Positions 31,600 through 41,571 of a stretch of 64,000 bases of DNA are shown in pieces (position 1 is the first letter of the stretch; the number at the start of each line of letters is the position of its first letter). The notes beneath the pieces are model-generated. The model worked only from the letters and a program-made list of their open reading frames with translations, searched no databases and was not told where the DNA came from. A program made the position numbers and the translations under genes. The stretch spans positions 151,724 through 215,723 of the forward strand of contig CAWDOJ010000003.1 of NCBI GenBank assembly GCA_963803825.1, in the 5' to 3' direction. The DNA is from an uncultured Verrucomicrobiae bacterium. GTDB lineage: Bacteria > Verrucomicrobiota > Verrucomicrobiia > Chthoniobacterales > JAATET01.

Positions 31600-32477
31600 G
31601 TCATTTTAAGGACGAGCCGCATGTAGAAGTAGAGGAGTGGGGCGGTGAAGAGCAGGCTGTCGATTAAGTCTAACGTTCCGCCGATGCCAGGGAGTGCACC
31701 GCTGGAGTCCTTGATGGCGGTGCTGCGTTTGACGATGGATTCGGCGAGGTCGCCGACGATGGCGGCGAATCCGAGGCCGACTCCGAGGATGGCGTAGTCG
31801 AGGACGGAGAAGGTAGGTAGTTTCCCCGGGATGAGCCAGTAGAGCGCGAAGCTGGCGGCGGTGGAGGTAATGAGGGCCCCGGCGAAGCCTTCCCAGGTCT
31901 TTTTCGGACTGATGTGAGGAACGAGCGGGTGTTTGCCAAAGAGGCTGCCGAAGAGGTAGGCGCCCATGTCACTGAATTTGGTGACCATGAGAAGGAAGAG
32001 GACGTAGTATTGGCCGGTCGGGTCGCCGAGGTCGTCGCGGGCGGGAAGGAAGAGGATCTTGGTGACGAAGTTGAAGAGCCAGGGGATGTAGAGCAGTCCG
32101 AAGAGCGTGTAGGCCATCGTCTGGAGCGGGCGGCGGTCGCGGAGCGGGGCGAACATCTGCCGGGCGAACATGACGACTATGAAGAGCACCAGAATGGCGA
32201 GCTCGAAATCGAGGGCGAGGTTCGGCGACCAGGTGTGGAAGTAATAGAAGCTGCCTCCGAGGAAGATGGCGGCGGTGACGAGTCCGGTGAGTTGAAAATT
32301 TGGGATGCCGTCGTGGTCGAGCATCCGGAAATATTCCCAGAGTGCGGTGAGGGCCATGAATCCGATGACGAAGAAGTAGGCAATCTCTCGCCCGGAGAAG
32401 ACGGCCGCGAGGATGACGGTCCAGAGAAAGAGCGTGCTGCCGAGGCGGCGGAAGAAGGTGGCGCGGCGACTACTCAT
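31596..32477 (-). CDS. cdsA: Phosphatidate cytidylyltransferase
   Basis: Intact 293-aa polytopic ORF with SPKKTWEGF and GDLAESIVKRSTAIKDSSGALPGIGGTLDLIDS (CTP_transf_1 signature). It overlaps the dxr start by 4 nt. Confidence 0.9.
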   Translation of the reverse strand: MSSRRATFFRRLGSTLFLWTVILAAVFSGREIAYFFVIGFMALTALWEYFRMLDHDGIPNFQLTGLVTAAIFLGGSFYYFHTWSPNLALDFELAILVLFIVVMFARQMFAPLRDRRPLQTMAYTLFGLLYIPWLFNFVTKILFLPARDDLGDPTGQYYVLFLLMVTKFSDMGAYLFGSLFGKHPLVPHISPKKTWEGFAGALITSTAASFALYWLIPGKLPTFSVLDYAILGVGLGFAAIVGDLAESIVKRSTAIKDSSGALPGIGGTLDLIDSLLFTAPLLYFYMRLVLKMT

Positions 32478-32749
32478 CGGTCGGGGCAGAGGTTATGGGG
32501 TGATTGGCGATTTGTGAATCGTGAATGGTGGGGGGGGCTGACGAGGCGGGAGTGAGCACGAAAATCGTAGAATGCGAATGCGTTTCTAAACGGAGCACCG
32601 GCGGCTGGGAAGCCGAGGGGCTGACTGCATCGACTCTGCGAGGCAGCCCGAAGGGCGAGACGCTTGGGAAAGCGCGAGTCAACGTAACGAGGAACAAAGG
32701 GCGAAAATGCGGGTGAGTGGATGAGTTTTTTTTGGTAGATTCCCGGATT

Positions 32750-33109
32750 ATGCAGGTTGAGAAACTCAAGGCGGTGATCTGGGCGGCGGACGTGGCTCGG
32801 GCGGTGGAGTTCTACGAGAAGGTGCTCGGTGGGCGGGTGACGCGAGAGATCAGCGGAGTGATCACCGAAGTGGAAATCGCCGGGGTCGCGGTGTCGATCC
32901 ACGCGGGGGGTGAGGGAAGTCACGCGAAGCGAACGTGGACGGCGATGAGCTTTCAGGTGGCCGACGTGGTGGAGGGCGCGGCGGAGGTGCGGGCCGCTGG
33001 CGGGCTGTGCGAGCGCGAACCACTGGAAGAGGATGGACTGCCGCCGCATCTGGCGATGTGCGTGGATAGCGAGGGGAACGAGTTTATGCTGACGAGAAAG
33101 CGGTCGTGA
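32750..33109 (+). CDS. VOC/glyoxalase-family small protein
   Basis: MQVEKLKAVIWAADVARAVEFYEKVLGG... has typical VOC beta-alpha-beta-beta-beta spacing. The stop overlaps the next start (GTGA). Confidence 0.65.
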   Translation: MQVEKLKAVIWAADVARAVEFYEKVLGGRVTREISGVITEVEIAGVAVSIHAGGEGSHAKRTWTAMSFQVADVVEGAAEVRAAGGLCEREPLEEDGLPPHLAMCVDSEGNEFMLTRKRS

Positions 33110-33912
33110 GGATCGTGCGGTTTGAGGGGGTCGATGGGAAGATTGGGCTTGGGGTTGAGCGCGGGGATGGGGTCGTTGTCGCGCTGGAGGGGGATGTGTT
33201 CGGGGATCGTTCGGCGGGAAGACGGGTGGTGGAAGTCGCTCGTTTGCTGGCTCCCGTGGTGCCGCCGGCGATCTTTTGCATCGGGTTGAACTACCGAAAG
33301 CACGCTGAGGAGACCGGGTCGGCGGTGCCGGAGTGGCCGGTGGTCTTCATGAAGCAACCGGGGGCGGTGGTCGGGCCGGAGGCGGAGATCGAGCTGCCGC
33401 GGGGCCTGCGGAGCGATTGCGTGGACTACGAGGCCGAGCTGGTGGTGGTGATCGGGCGGCGTTGTAAAAACGTCGGGGTCGCGGAGGCTCTTAGCTACGT
33501 GCTGGGCTACACGTGTGGAAATGACGTGAGTGCTCGCGATTGGCAGAAGGATTTCGGCGGCGGGCAGTTTTCCCGGGGGAAAACCTTCGACACGTTTGCG
33601 CCGCTGGGGCCGGCGGTGGTGACACGCGACGAGATCGGGGATCCCGGGCAGTTGGGGATTCGGACGCTTCTCAACGGCGAGGTGATGCAAGATTCGACGA
33701 CGGCCGATCTCATTTTTTCGGTGGCGGAGATCGTGTCGTTTTTAAGCGGGAGCACGACCCTGGAACCGGGGACGGCGATCTTCACCGGGACGCCGGCGGG
33801 GGTGGGGATGGCGCGGGTGCCGCCCCGGTGGCTGCGCGCGGGGGACGAAGTCTCGGTGGAGATCGAGGGGGTGGGTGCGCTGCGTAATCGGGTTGTCGAG
33901 GAGAGGGTTTGA
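33106..33912 (+). CDS. Fumarylacetoacetate hydrolase (FAH) family protein
   Basis: Intact ORF with IFCIGLNYRKHAEE, DYEAELVVVIG, GKTFDTFAPLGP and GTAIFTGTPAGVG. Confidence 0.85.
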   Translation: MRIVRFEGVDGKIGLGVERGDGVVVALEGDVFGDRSAGRRVVEVARLLAPVVPPAIFCIGLNYRKHAEETGSAVPEWPVVFMKQPGAVVGPEAEIELPRGLRSDCVDYEAELVVVIGRRCKNVGVAEALSYVLGYTCGNDVSARDWQKDFGGGQFSRGKTFDTFAPLGPAVVTRDEIGDPGQLGIRTLLNGEVMQDSTTADLIFSVAEIVSFLSGSTTLEPGTAIFTGTPAGVGMARVPPRWLRAGDEVSVEIEGVGALRNRVVEERV

Positions 33913-33935
33913 GGCCTGCGGTCCTGAGGTTGGGT

Positions 33936-33954
33936 CGGCGATTGCAAATCGCCG
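33936..33954. terminator. Possible bidirectional terminator hairpin between convergent genes
   Basis: CGGCGATT-GCA-AATCGCCG forms a perfect 8-bp stem, located between the FAH stop (33912) and the bactofilin stop (33984). No U-tract, so support is weak. Confidence 0.3.
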
Positions 33955-33983
33955 CCCCTTGAGTCGACTCGTCGGGACTTCGA

Positions 33984-34337
33984 CTAGCTCTTGGCGGGGC
34001 GGGAGCTGATCTCGCTTTTGCCGATGAAGATGGCGCCTTCTTCGATGGCGACGCGAGCGGCCTTGAGGTCGCCTTCGACTTGGGCCGAACTCTTCAGTTC
34101 GGCGCGATCCTTGACGGTGATGTTGCCGGTGACGGTGCCGTAGACAACGGCGGAACCGGTCTTGATCTCGCCGGTGACTTTCGCGTTTTTGCCGATAGTG
34201 ATCGCGCCGTCTGAGAGAATCTCTCCGTCGACCTTTCCGTCGAGGATGAGCTCGTTGCCAAATTTGACGGTGCCGGTGATTTCGATGTCGCCGCCGAGAA
34301 CGTTACGACTGTTCGTGGTGCTGCCTGGTTGATCCAT
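33984..34337 (-). CDS. Bactofilin (polymer-forming cytoskeletal protein, DUF583)
   Basis: ATG at 34337. The repetitive beta-helix pattern IEITGTVKFGNELILDGKVDGEILSDGAITIGKNAKVTGEIKTGSAVVYGTVTGNITV is present. Confidence 0.85.
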   Translation of the reverse strand: MDQPGSTTNSRNVLGGDIEITGTVKFGNELILDGKVDGEILSDGAITIGKNAKVTGEIKTGSAVVYGTVTGNITVKDRAELKSSAQVEGDLKAARVAIEEGAIFIGKSEISSRPAKS

Positions 34338-34476
34338 GGCGGGGAATGTTTCACGTTTTTTCGCGAAACGGAAGTCGGGGGTTCGGGAATCTTTCGGGGC
34401 AAAGATCCCGTGCGTTTTGTTTGCTCCGAGGTGGTCGGGCGCGTCAAGATCGCCGGGCACAACGTATTATAAGATC

Positions 34477-35754
34477 ATGAAGTTTGAGACTGTTTGTTTG
34501 CACGGGGGCACCGCGGCTGATCCAACCACCCTATCTCGCGGGGTCCCAATCCACCGGACGGCGGGTTATCAGTTTAAGAATACCGAGCACGCCGCCGCCT
34601 TGTTCGGTCTGCGCGAGCTGGGCAACATCTACACGCGGCTGATGAACCCGACCCACGACGTGCTGGAGAAGCGCGTGGCGGAGCTCGAGGGCGGGGCCGC
34701 CGGTCTGGCGGTGGCGTCGGGGACGGCGGCGAATTTCTACGCAATCATCAACATCTGCCAGCACGGCGACGAGATTGTCTCGGCGAACGATCTCTACGGG
34801 GGGACCTACACCCAGTTTAACGACATCCTGCCGCAGTTTGGGATCAAGGTGAACTTCGTCGATGGGCGCGATCCGGAGAATTACCGCAAGGCGATCTCCC
34901 CGAAGACGAAGGCGCTGTTCTGCGAGACGGTGAGCAATCCGGCGCTGAACGTGGCGGACATCGAAGCCATCGCCGAGATCGCTCACGAAAACGGGATCCC
35001 GCTCATTGTGGACGGGACGTTCACCACGCCTTACCTCGAGAGTCCGATCAAGCACGGGGCGGACATCGCGGTGTATTCGCTTACAAAATGGCTCGGAGGC
35101 CACGGGACGGGGATCGGGGGGATCGTGGTCGACGGCGGAAAATTTGACTGGAAGCAGAACGACAAATTTCCGCTGATGACGGAGCCCGAGGCGAGTTATC
35201 ACGGCGTCCGCTGGGCGCACGATCTGCCGGAGATGCTGGCCCCCATCGCGTATCTTCTCCGGATGCGGGTAATCCCGCTGCGCAATCTCGGAGCGTGCAC
35301 GACGCCGGACAACGCGTGGATGTTCCTCCAGGGGATCGAGACGCTGCCGCTGCGGATGGACCGACATTGCGAGAATGGCTTGGCGGTCGCGAAGCATCTC
35401 AAGGACAAGGCGGGCGTCGAGTGGGTTCGCTACCCGCTCTTTGACGAGCCGGAGCGATGCGAGAAATACCTCGGTGGGCGGGGCGGCTCGATGGTGGTGT
35501 TCGGGATCAGCGGCGGGGCCGAGGCGGGTTCGAAATTTATCGAGGCGCTCAAGTTGTTCTCGCACCTGGCGAACGTGGGAGATGCGAAGAGCCTGGCGAT
35601 CCACCCGGCGACGACGACGCACTCGCAGATGACGGCGGAGCAGCAAGCGGCGGGCGGAATCAAGCCCGAGCTGGTGCGGCTGTCGATCGGGATCGAGCAC
35701 ATCGACGACATTCTCGAAGATATCGATCAGGCTTTGGCGGCGGCGGCCGGGTGA
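34477..35754 (+). CDS. metY: O-acetylhomoserine aminocarboxypropyltransferase (sulfhydrylase)
   Basis: ATG at 34477 (MKFETVCLHGG). PLP-lysine region YSLTKWLGGHGTGIGG and C-terminal RLSIGIEHIDDILEDIDQAL. Confidence 0.9.
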   Translation: MKFETVCLHGGTAADPTTLSRGVPIHRTAGYQFKNTEHAAALFGLRELGNIYTRLMNPTHDVLEKRVAELEGGAAGLAVASGTAANFYAIINICQHGDEIVSANDLYGGTYTQFNDILPQFGIKVNFVDGRDPENYRKAISPKTKALFCETVSNPALNVADIEAIAEIAHENGIPLIVDGTFTTPYLESPIKHGADIAVYSLTKWLGGHGTGIGGIVVDGGKFDWKQNDKFPLMTEPEASYHGVRWAHDLPEMLAPIAYLLRMRVIPLRNLGACTTPDNAWMFLQGIETLPLRMDRHCENGLAVAKHLKDKAGVEWVRYPLFDEPERCEKYLGGRGGSMVVFGISGGAEAGSKFIEALKLFSHLANVGDAKSLAIHPATTTHSQMTAEQQAAGGIKPELVRLSIGIEHIDDILEDIDQALAAAAG

Positions 35755-35779
35755 TGGGGAGTTGACTGAAGGTGAGGTG

Positions 35780-36902
35780 ATGCGGGCGGAGGTCTTTCAG
35801 TTTGCTGGACCGTTGCCGCTGTCGGGTGGCGGGGAGTTGGCGGGCTTCGAGCTGGCCTACGAGACGTATGGCGAGCTGAACGCGGCTCGGGATAATGCCG
35901 TGTTGCTCTTTCACGCGATGACCGGGAGCCAGCACGCGGCGGGGTGGCGAGAGGACGTGCCGGGGGTCGGTGGACTCTGGACGGAGGAATGTCGTGAGGG
36001 TTGGTGGGATGGCTTCGTCGGCGAGGGCAAGGCGGTGGATACTGCGGAAGTTCTGCGTGATCTGCGTGAATTATCTCGGGGGCTGCTACGGCTCGACTGG
36101 GCCGGGCAGCGTAGACCCGGCAACGGGACGGGTCTACGGCTCGACTTTTCCAAGGATCACCTTGCCGGACATCGTGGCTTCGCAGATGGCGCTCTTGGAC
36201 TCGTTGGGTATCGATCGATTGCACGCCGCCGTGGGGGCTTCGGTGGGTGGGATGCTGGCGCTGATGTTGGCGACGCGGTGGCCGGAACGGGTGCGGACGG
36301 TGATCCCGATCTCGACCGGGCTGGCGGTGACGCCGTTGCAGCGGATTCTCAATCTAGAACAGGCTTTTGCGATCGAAGCGGACCCGGCCTTCGCGGGGGG
36401 AGATTATTACGACGGGCCACGACCGGACCGGGGATTGGCGCTGGCGCGGATGATCGCCCACAAGACGTTTATCTCGCTGCGGATGCTCTCGGAACGAGCG
36501 CGAGACGAGGTGGTGAGCGGTGGAGACGAGTTGACGAGCTACGGAGTGAGTTCGCCGGAGGAGAGCTACATGCTGCACCAGGGGCGGAAGTTCGTGCGGC
36601 GCTTCGACGCAAATTCGTATCTGCGGATTCTGGAGGCGTGGCAGCGGTTCGATTTGTTGGCGGGATCGGGGGCGGCGGATTTGGACGAGTTGTTCGCGCG
36701 GTGTCGGGGTCAGCGGTACCTGACGTTTTCCATCGATTCGGACGTCTCGTTTTATCCCGAGGAGCAGGCCGAGATGGTCGGCGTGCTGAAGGGAGCGGGC
36801 GTCGAGACGGTGCGGATGACGGTGCACTCGGAAAAGGGGCACGACTCGTTCCTGCTTGAGCCGGAGCTCTACACGCCGATGTTGCAATGGGCTCTCGGGT
36901 GA
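35780..36902 (+). CDS. metX: Homoserine O-acetyltransferase, single frame break near 36046
   Basis: The N-terminal frame reads LAYETYGELNAARDNAVLLFHAMTGSQHAAG...GWWDGFVGEGKAVDTA. The second frame reads FCVICVNYLGGCYGSTGP...GASVGGMLAL. The junction is at a GG run, consistent with a 1-nt insertion. Confidence 0.85.
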
Positions 36903-36990
36903 TGATCGACCGGGCGCGGACCGGTGGCGTCGCGGTCGGGTGATCGAGGCTTGAGCGCAAAATCGGGTTGTGGTTATTGGTCCTCTAGAG

Positions 36991-38058
36991 ATGAAAGCAA
37001 TCGGGCTGACAATAGCTTCCCTGGGACTGGTCTTGCTGGCGGTTGCCGCACCGGCGGCAACCTTCACCGATCAGCAAGGTCGGACCCTCGAAGCCGAGAT
37101 TGAGGGAGTCGCGTCGGGCGTCGTGACCCTGCGATTGGCAAACGAGAACGAGTTCGAAGTGCCGTTGGCGCAACTGGTCGAAGCGGACCAAGCGGTCGTG
37201 GCCGCTTGGCAGAGTCGAGCGGAGGAACGGGCGGGACCGATGGAGCCGTGGGATTGGGACGCGGAAGCGGAGGGATTGACGGAGAGCAAATTTCGCGTCT
37301 GGTTGCCGAGCGGTCTGGATCAAGTCCGGGGGATGATCGTCCTCGTCCCGGGTGCCAACGGGGATGGAAGGGGACAGATCAACGACAAGAGTTGGCGTGC
37401 CTTGGCGGAGGATCTGGGATTTGGCCTCATCGGGTGCTTCTTCAAATCGGAAGGCGCGTCGTATTGCTACGCGCAGAACGGGAGCGGTGAGACTTTGTTG
37501 GAAGCGCTCGAAGAATTTGCGAAATCGGTCGAGAGGCCGGAGGTCGCCGAAGCACCGGTCCTGCTTTGGGGGCATTCGGCGGGCGGGCAATTCAACTACA
37601 ACTTCGCGTGCTGGCAGCCCGAGCGCACGCTGGCGTTCATCGTGAACAAGGGCGGCTACTACTACGACACGCCAGCCAGGCCGGCCACCCGGGACATCCC
37701 CGCAATCCTGTTTCTAGGAATGAAGGATCAGCCCGTGCGGGTGAAAAACATCACGGCGCTCTTCGAGGAATACCGTCCGCGGGGGGCGCTGTGGGCCCTT
37801 TGTCGTGAGGCGGGCGCAGCCCACGGGGTGGGGGAGAGCAAAAGCGTAGCGCAGGAATTTTTCCGTGCGGTTGTCGCGGAGCGTCTATCGAGCAAGCCAC
37901 CGGCGGGAATCGAGGCTTTGGTTGAGAACGAAGGTTGGCTCGGGGATCTCGAGACGTTGGAGGTCGCGCCGGAGGCTGATTTCGGAGGCTCGAAGCGAGA
38001 GGCTGCGTGGCTGCCGACGGGAGCCGTGGCCGAGGCCTGGCGGCGGGCGAGCCAATAG
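36991..38058 (+). CDS. Secreted alpha/beta-hydrolase (esterase) with an SHD1-like N-terminal domain
   Basis: Signal peptide MKAIGLTIASLGLVLLAVAAPAA. The N-domain reads FTDQQGRTLEAEIEGVASGVVTLRL...VPLAQL. The nucleophile elbow is LLWGHSAGGQF (G-x-S-x-G). Confidence 0.75.
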   Translation: MKAIGLTIASLGLVLLAVAAPAATFTDQQGRTLEAEIEGVASGVVTLRLANENEFEVPLAQLVEADQAVVAAWQSRAEERAGPMEPWDWDAEAEGLTESKFRVWLPSGLDQVRGMIVLVPGANGDGRGQINDKSWRALAEDLGFGLIGCFFKSEGASYCYAQNGSGETLLEALEEFAKSVERPEVAEAPVLLWGHSAGGQFNYNFACWQPERTLAFIVNKGGYYYDTPARPATRDIPAILFLGMKDQPVRVKNITALFEEYRPRGALWALCREAGAAHGVGESKSVAQEFFRAVVAERLSSKPPAGIEALVENEGWLGDLETLEVAPEADFGGSKREAAWLPTGAVAEAWRRASQ

Positions 38059-38088
38059 GACGGGCCTGTCGGGCCACGTCCCCCGACT

Positions 38089-38958
38089 TCACTTGCCGTC
38101 GAGTTCGAGGAGCTCGGAGACGGTGGCAAACTCGTAGCCTTTCGCCTTCAGGGCGTCGAGCGTGCCGGGCATGGCGGCGACCGAACTCGAGTGGATATCG
38201 TGGACGAGGATGATGCCGCCGGGAGTCGCTCCGTTGACGATCTCGCGCTGCACGCGGGCAGCGTTGCGGTATTTCCAATCCAGCGGATCGACGGACCACA
38301 TGATGACTTTGTGGCCGTAGTCTTCGTTCATGCTGCGGTTGAGCCGGGAATTGGTCGCTCCGTAGGGAGGACGCATGGTCTTCGGACGGATGCCAACGGC
38401 TTTGTCGATGGCGGCGTTCGAGCGGTCGATTTGGCTCTTCACACCAGAGGAACTGAGTTTGGTGAGGGTCGGGTGGTTCCAGGTGTGATTCCCGATCTCG
38501 TGACCTTCGTCGACCATGCGCTGGAGGATCTCGGGATGCTCGGCGGCCCGAGTGCCGACTACGTAAAAAGTGGCCTTGATGCCGCGCTCCTTGAGGATGT
38601 CGAGGAGCTTGGGCGTCAGCTTGGCGCTCGGCCCGTCGTCAAAGGTCATCGCCAAGATCTTCCGGTCGGTCTCGACGGAATTGTACGAATTCTGCGGGGG
38701 CTTGGGAGTCGGCTTTGGAGTGGGAGTCGGCGTCGGTGTCTCCAGCGTGGCCGGCGCGACGTCTTGGCCGGCAGAAGCATTGATGGAAGGAGATAAGTCC
38801 TCGTTCGAGTCGGCAGTGGAGGCAGTCGGCGAGACTCCGAGCGTGCCCTCAGGTGCGACGGAGATGACTTCGGGTTCGGTCTGCGTGTGGACGGATTGGC
38901 AGGCGACGAGGGTGAGAAGCACGGCAACGCTGGTGCTGCGCAGAAGTCGAATGGTCAT
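38089..38958 (-). CDS. Polysaccharide deacetylase (NodB/CE4) lipoprotein
   Basis: Lipobox LLTLVAC. Motifs LAMTFDDGPS, GNHTWNHP, RPPYGA and ILVHDIH. Confidence 0.85.
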   Translation of the reverse strand: MTIRLLRSTSVAVLLTLVACQSVHTQTEPEVISVAPEGTLGVSPTASTADSNEDLSPSINASAGQDVAPATLETPTPTPTPKPTPKPPQNSYNSVETDRKILAMTFDDGPSAKLTPKLLDILKERGIKATFYVVGTRAAEHPEILQRMVDEGHEIGNHTWNHPTLTKLSSSGVKSQIDRSNAAIDKAVGIRPKTMRPPYGATNSRLNRSMNEDYGHKVIMWSVDPLDWKYRNAARVQREIVNGATPGGIILVHDIHSSSVAAMPGTLDALKAKGYEFATVSELLELDGK

Positions 38959-38978
38959 GGTGCGGAAGTTGATGGGTC

Positions 38979-39857
38979 CTAAAGATACCGATCCACGATG
39001 ATTTGCAATCGCTCAATGGCTTCCTCGGACCAATGCTCGCGCGGAGTGACGATGGCGTCGCTCAGGGCGGAGTGGTCGGGCCAGTCGGGGGACTCCGGGA
39101 TGCGGGGGATCACGTGAGCGAGGACGTCGCGGGCGGTCTCGGCGTTGGCGTGGAGGTGAGCGGTGACGGATTCCACTGTCACGGCATCCTCAGAGACTCG
39201 CCAACAGTCGTAATCGGTGACCATGGCCATGCAGGCGTAGGCAATCTCGGCCTCCCGGGCGAGCTTGGCTTCGGGCAAGACGGTCATGCCGATGATGTCG
39301 AAGCCGAGCCGGCGGTTCGTCTCGGACTCGGCCCGGGTGGAAAAGGCGGGGCCATCCATTTGGATGTAGGTGCCGGCGGAATGGTATTTCTTGCGAAGCG
39401 ACGAGCAGGTCTGGCCGACCAATTGCCGCAGGTGGGGGCTAGTGGGTTCGGCGAGACTGACGTGGGCGACGATCCCGTTGCCGAAGAAAGTGTGATTCGC
39501 GCGCTGGCTGGATCGGTCGAAAAATTGGGACGGAAGGACGACATCGCGGGGTTCGAAGCGCTCCTGGAGGCTGCCGACAGCGGCGGCGCTGATGATCCAG
39601 CGGACGCCGAGCGTGCGGAGCGCGTAGATGTTGGCGCGGTGGTTGATCTCGTGCGGGGCGATGGTGTGGCCGCGTCCGTGGCGAGGGAGGAAGAAGACGG
39701 TGCGCCCGTGGAGGGTCCCGCCAATGATCAAGTCGGAAGGATTGCCGAAGGGCGTCTCCACTTCGTAGTGCTTGTCCTCGTGAAAGCCTTCGATCTCGTA
39801 AAGGCCGCTCCCACCGATGACAGCGATGGCAGGTTGGTCTGGGGTCGGGGTGATCAT
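38979..39857 (-). CDS. mtnP: S-methyl-5'-thioadenosine phosphorylase
   Basis: Start MITPTPDQPAIAVIGGSGLYE. Motifs FLPRHGRGHTIAPHEINHRANIYAL, VGSL and MTVLPEAKLAREAEIAYA. Confidence 0.9.
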   Translation of the reverse strand: MITPTPDQPAIAVIGGSGLYEIEGFHEDKHYEVETPFGNPSDLIIGGTLHGRTVFFLPRHGRGHTIAPHEINHRANIYALRTLGVRWIISAAAVGSLQERFEPRDVVLPSQFFDRSSQRANHTFFGNGIVAHVSLAEPTSPHLRQLVGQTCSSLRKKYHSAGTYIQMDGPAFSTRAESETNRRLGFDIIGMTVLPEAKLAREAEIAYACMAMVTDYDCWRVSEDAVTVESVTAHLHANAETARDVLAHVIPRIPESPDWPDHSALSDAIVTPREHWSEEAIERLQIIVDRYL

Positions 39858-39889
39858 CCCCCGATCATGCCTGACCGAGGTTGCTTTTT

Positions 39890-40759
39890 TCAAGCACCGC
39901 GAGCAACTCGACGAGAGCGGGAGAAGCTCGAGACGGAGCGGCGGACGAGGCCGCCGAGCGGACGCCACATCTCGGGTTCGTCGATGGGAATGGACACGAG
40001 GGCGCTGCCCCGGACCTCGTCACGGACGGTGATCTCGGGAACGATCGAGATCGCTTGCTCGATCTCGACCGCGCGTTTGACCGTCTCGATGTTGTCGAAC
40101 TCGAGGATGGGTTTGATTTTGACGTGCTGCTCGCGAAGACGTTTGTCGATCCCCTTGCGGGTGGGAAGGTCGGGTTCGAAGGCGACGAATTTGTGCCCGG
40201 CCAGATCTCGGAGCCGGACGGTGTCGCGGGTGGCCAGCGGGTGGGTCGGCGGGCAGATGAGGACGAGATTGTCCCGCCAGAACGTGAACGGGCGGAGGCC
40301 GGGGCGACGGGATGGGTAGGCGACAAGGCCGAGATCGCATTCGCCCGCTTCGAGATAATCGTAGACCTCGTTCGAACGGCAATAGCGCACCGTCACGTCG
40401 ACCTGCGGCTGCGACTTGCGGAAGGCGGCTAAGTGCGGGGGGAATTCGTGGAGGCCGATGCTAAGGACGGTCGCAACGCGGATCTCTCCGGCGACGACGT
40501 GTTGAATCGACTGGATGCGGTGCCCCAGATCTTCGTAAGCGTCGAGGATGTTGCGACTGGCGGCCAGGAAAGCGCGGCCCTCGTCGGTGAGGGCGAAATC
40601 GCGGTGGCCGCGGTCGATCAACCGGACATCGAATTTCTTCTCCATCGCGCGGACTTGTTGGCTCACGGCGCTCTGCGTGATGCCGTTGGCCTCGGCCGCC
40701 TTGGAGAAGCTGGCGGCTTCGACGAGATCGCGGAAGACCTTGAAGGATTCGATTTGCAT
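39890..40759 (-). CDS. LysR-family transcriptional regulator
   Basis: The HTH region reads MQIESFKVFRDLVEAASFSKAAEANGITQSAVSQQVRAMEKKF and is followed by a LysR substrate-binding fold. It is divergent from yggS. Confidence 0.85.
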   Translation of the reverse strand: MQIESFKVFRDLVEAASFSKAAEANGITQSAVSQQVRAMEKKFDVRLIDRGHRDFALTDEGRAFLAASRNILDAYEDLGHRIQSIQHVVAGEIRVATVLSIGLHEFPPHLAAFRKSQPQVDVTVRYCRSNEVYDYLEAGECDLGLVAYPSRRPGLRPFTFWRDNLVLICPPTHPLATRDTVRLRDLAGHKFVAFEPDLPTRKGIDKRLREQHVKIKPILEFDNIETVKRAVEIEQAISIVPEITVRDEVRGSALVSIPIDEPEMWRPLGGLVRRSVSSFSRSRRVARGA

Positions 40760-40818
40760 GCGGTTTGGTTTACTATTAGACGAACTAATAGAATTTTTCA
40801 CGTGGATTTGTTTTTCTA

Positions 40819-41520
40819 ATGGCAGAAATATCAGAAAACCTTGCGGCGGTCCGCGATGAGGTGGGCGCAGCGTGCCGAGTGGCGGGCCGTTCGTCGGACG
40901 ACGTCGAGCTTGTGGCGGTGTCCAAACGCATGCCTCTGGAGGCTTTGCGGGTGGCGTTCGAGGCGGGTCAACGGGTCTTCGGCGAGAGCCGCGTCCAGGA
41001 GGTGTTGGCCAAGCAACCGGAGATGCCCGGAGGTCAGGGGGGGGCGCGGTGGCACTTTATCGGTCATCTCCAGAAGAATAAAATCCGGCGCGTCCTCGCG
41101 GGGATCGATTTGTTCCACGGCCTGGATTCGCTGGAACTGGCGGAGTCGATGGACCGGATCGCGGATGATGAGGGTTTGTTCCCAAGGGTTCTCATCGAGG
41201 TGAACGTAGCCGGAGAGGCCTCGAAACATGGATTTTCGCCCGACGGCTTACTGCGGGATCTGGACGCGCTGTTGGGATTGAAGCGTTTGCAGGTCGAGGG
41301 GCTGATGACGCTCGCGCCTTACGCTGAGGAGGCCGAAGCCTCGCGACCTTTTTTCCAGCGACTGCGTGATCTTCGCGACGCGGTCGCCACCAGGGCAGGT
41401 CTGCCTTTTTCCACTCTGTCGATGGGGATGAGTGGCGACTACGTGGTTGCGATCCAGGAGGGAGCGACCATCGTGCGGGTGGGGACAGCGATCTTCGGCG
41501 AGCGAGAAGTGGAGGAATAA
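40819..41520 (+). CDS. yggS: YggS-family pyridoxal-phosphate homeostasis protein
   Basis: Motifs LVAVSKRMP, FGESRVQE, HFIGHLQKNK, LSMGMSGDY and VRVGTAIFG. Confidence 0.9.
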   Translation: MAEISENLAAVRDEVGAACRVAGRSSDDVELVAVSKRMPLEALRVAFEAGQRVFGESRVQEVLAKQPEMPGGQGGARWHFIGHLQKNKIRRVLAGIDLFHGLDSLELAESMDRIADDEGLFPRVLIEVNVAGEASKHGFSPDGLLRDLDALLGLKRLQVEGLMTLAPYAEEAEASRPFFQRLRDLRDAVATRAGLPFSTLSMGMSGDYVVAIQEGATIVRVGTAIFGEREVEE

Positions 41521-41571
41521 ATGCGAGGCTTCTGTTGGCGCTTCCGGGAGATGTGTGGTACTTCCCACCAC

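Noticed and set aside
34338-34476. Possible SAM-type riboswitch or leader upstream of metY
   Set aside because: The 140-nt divergent gap contains an imperfect hairpin (gggaatctttcggggcaaagatccc). I could not match it to the SAM-I, SAM-II or SAM-V consensus elements from memory, so it is unsupported without a covariance-model scan.
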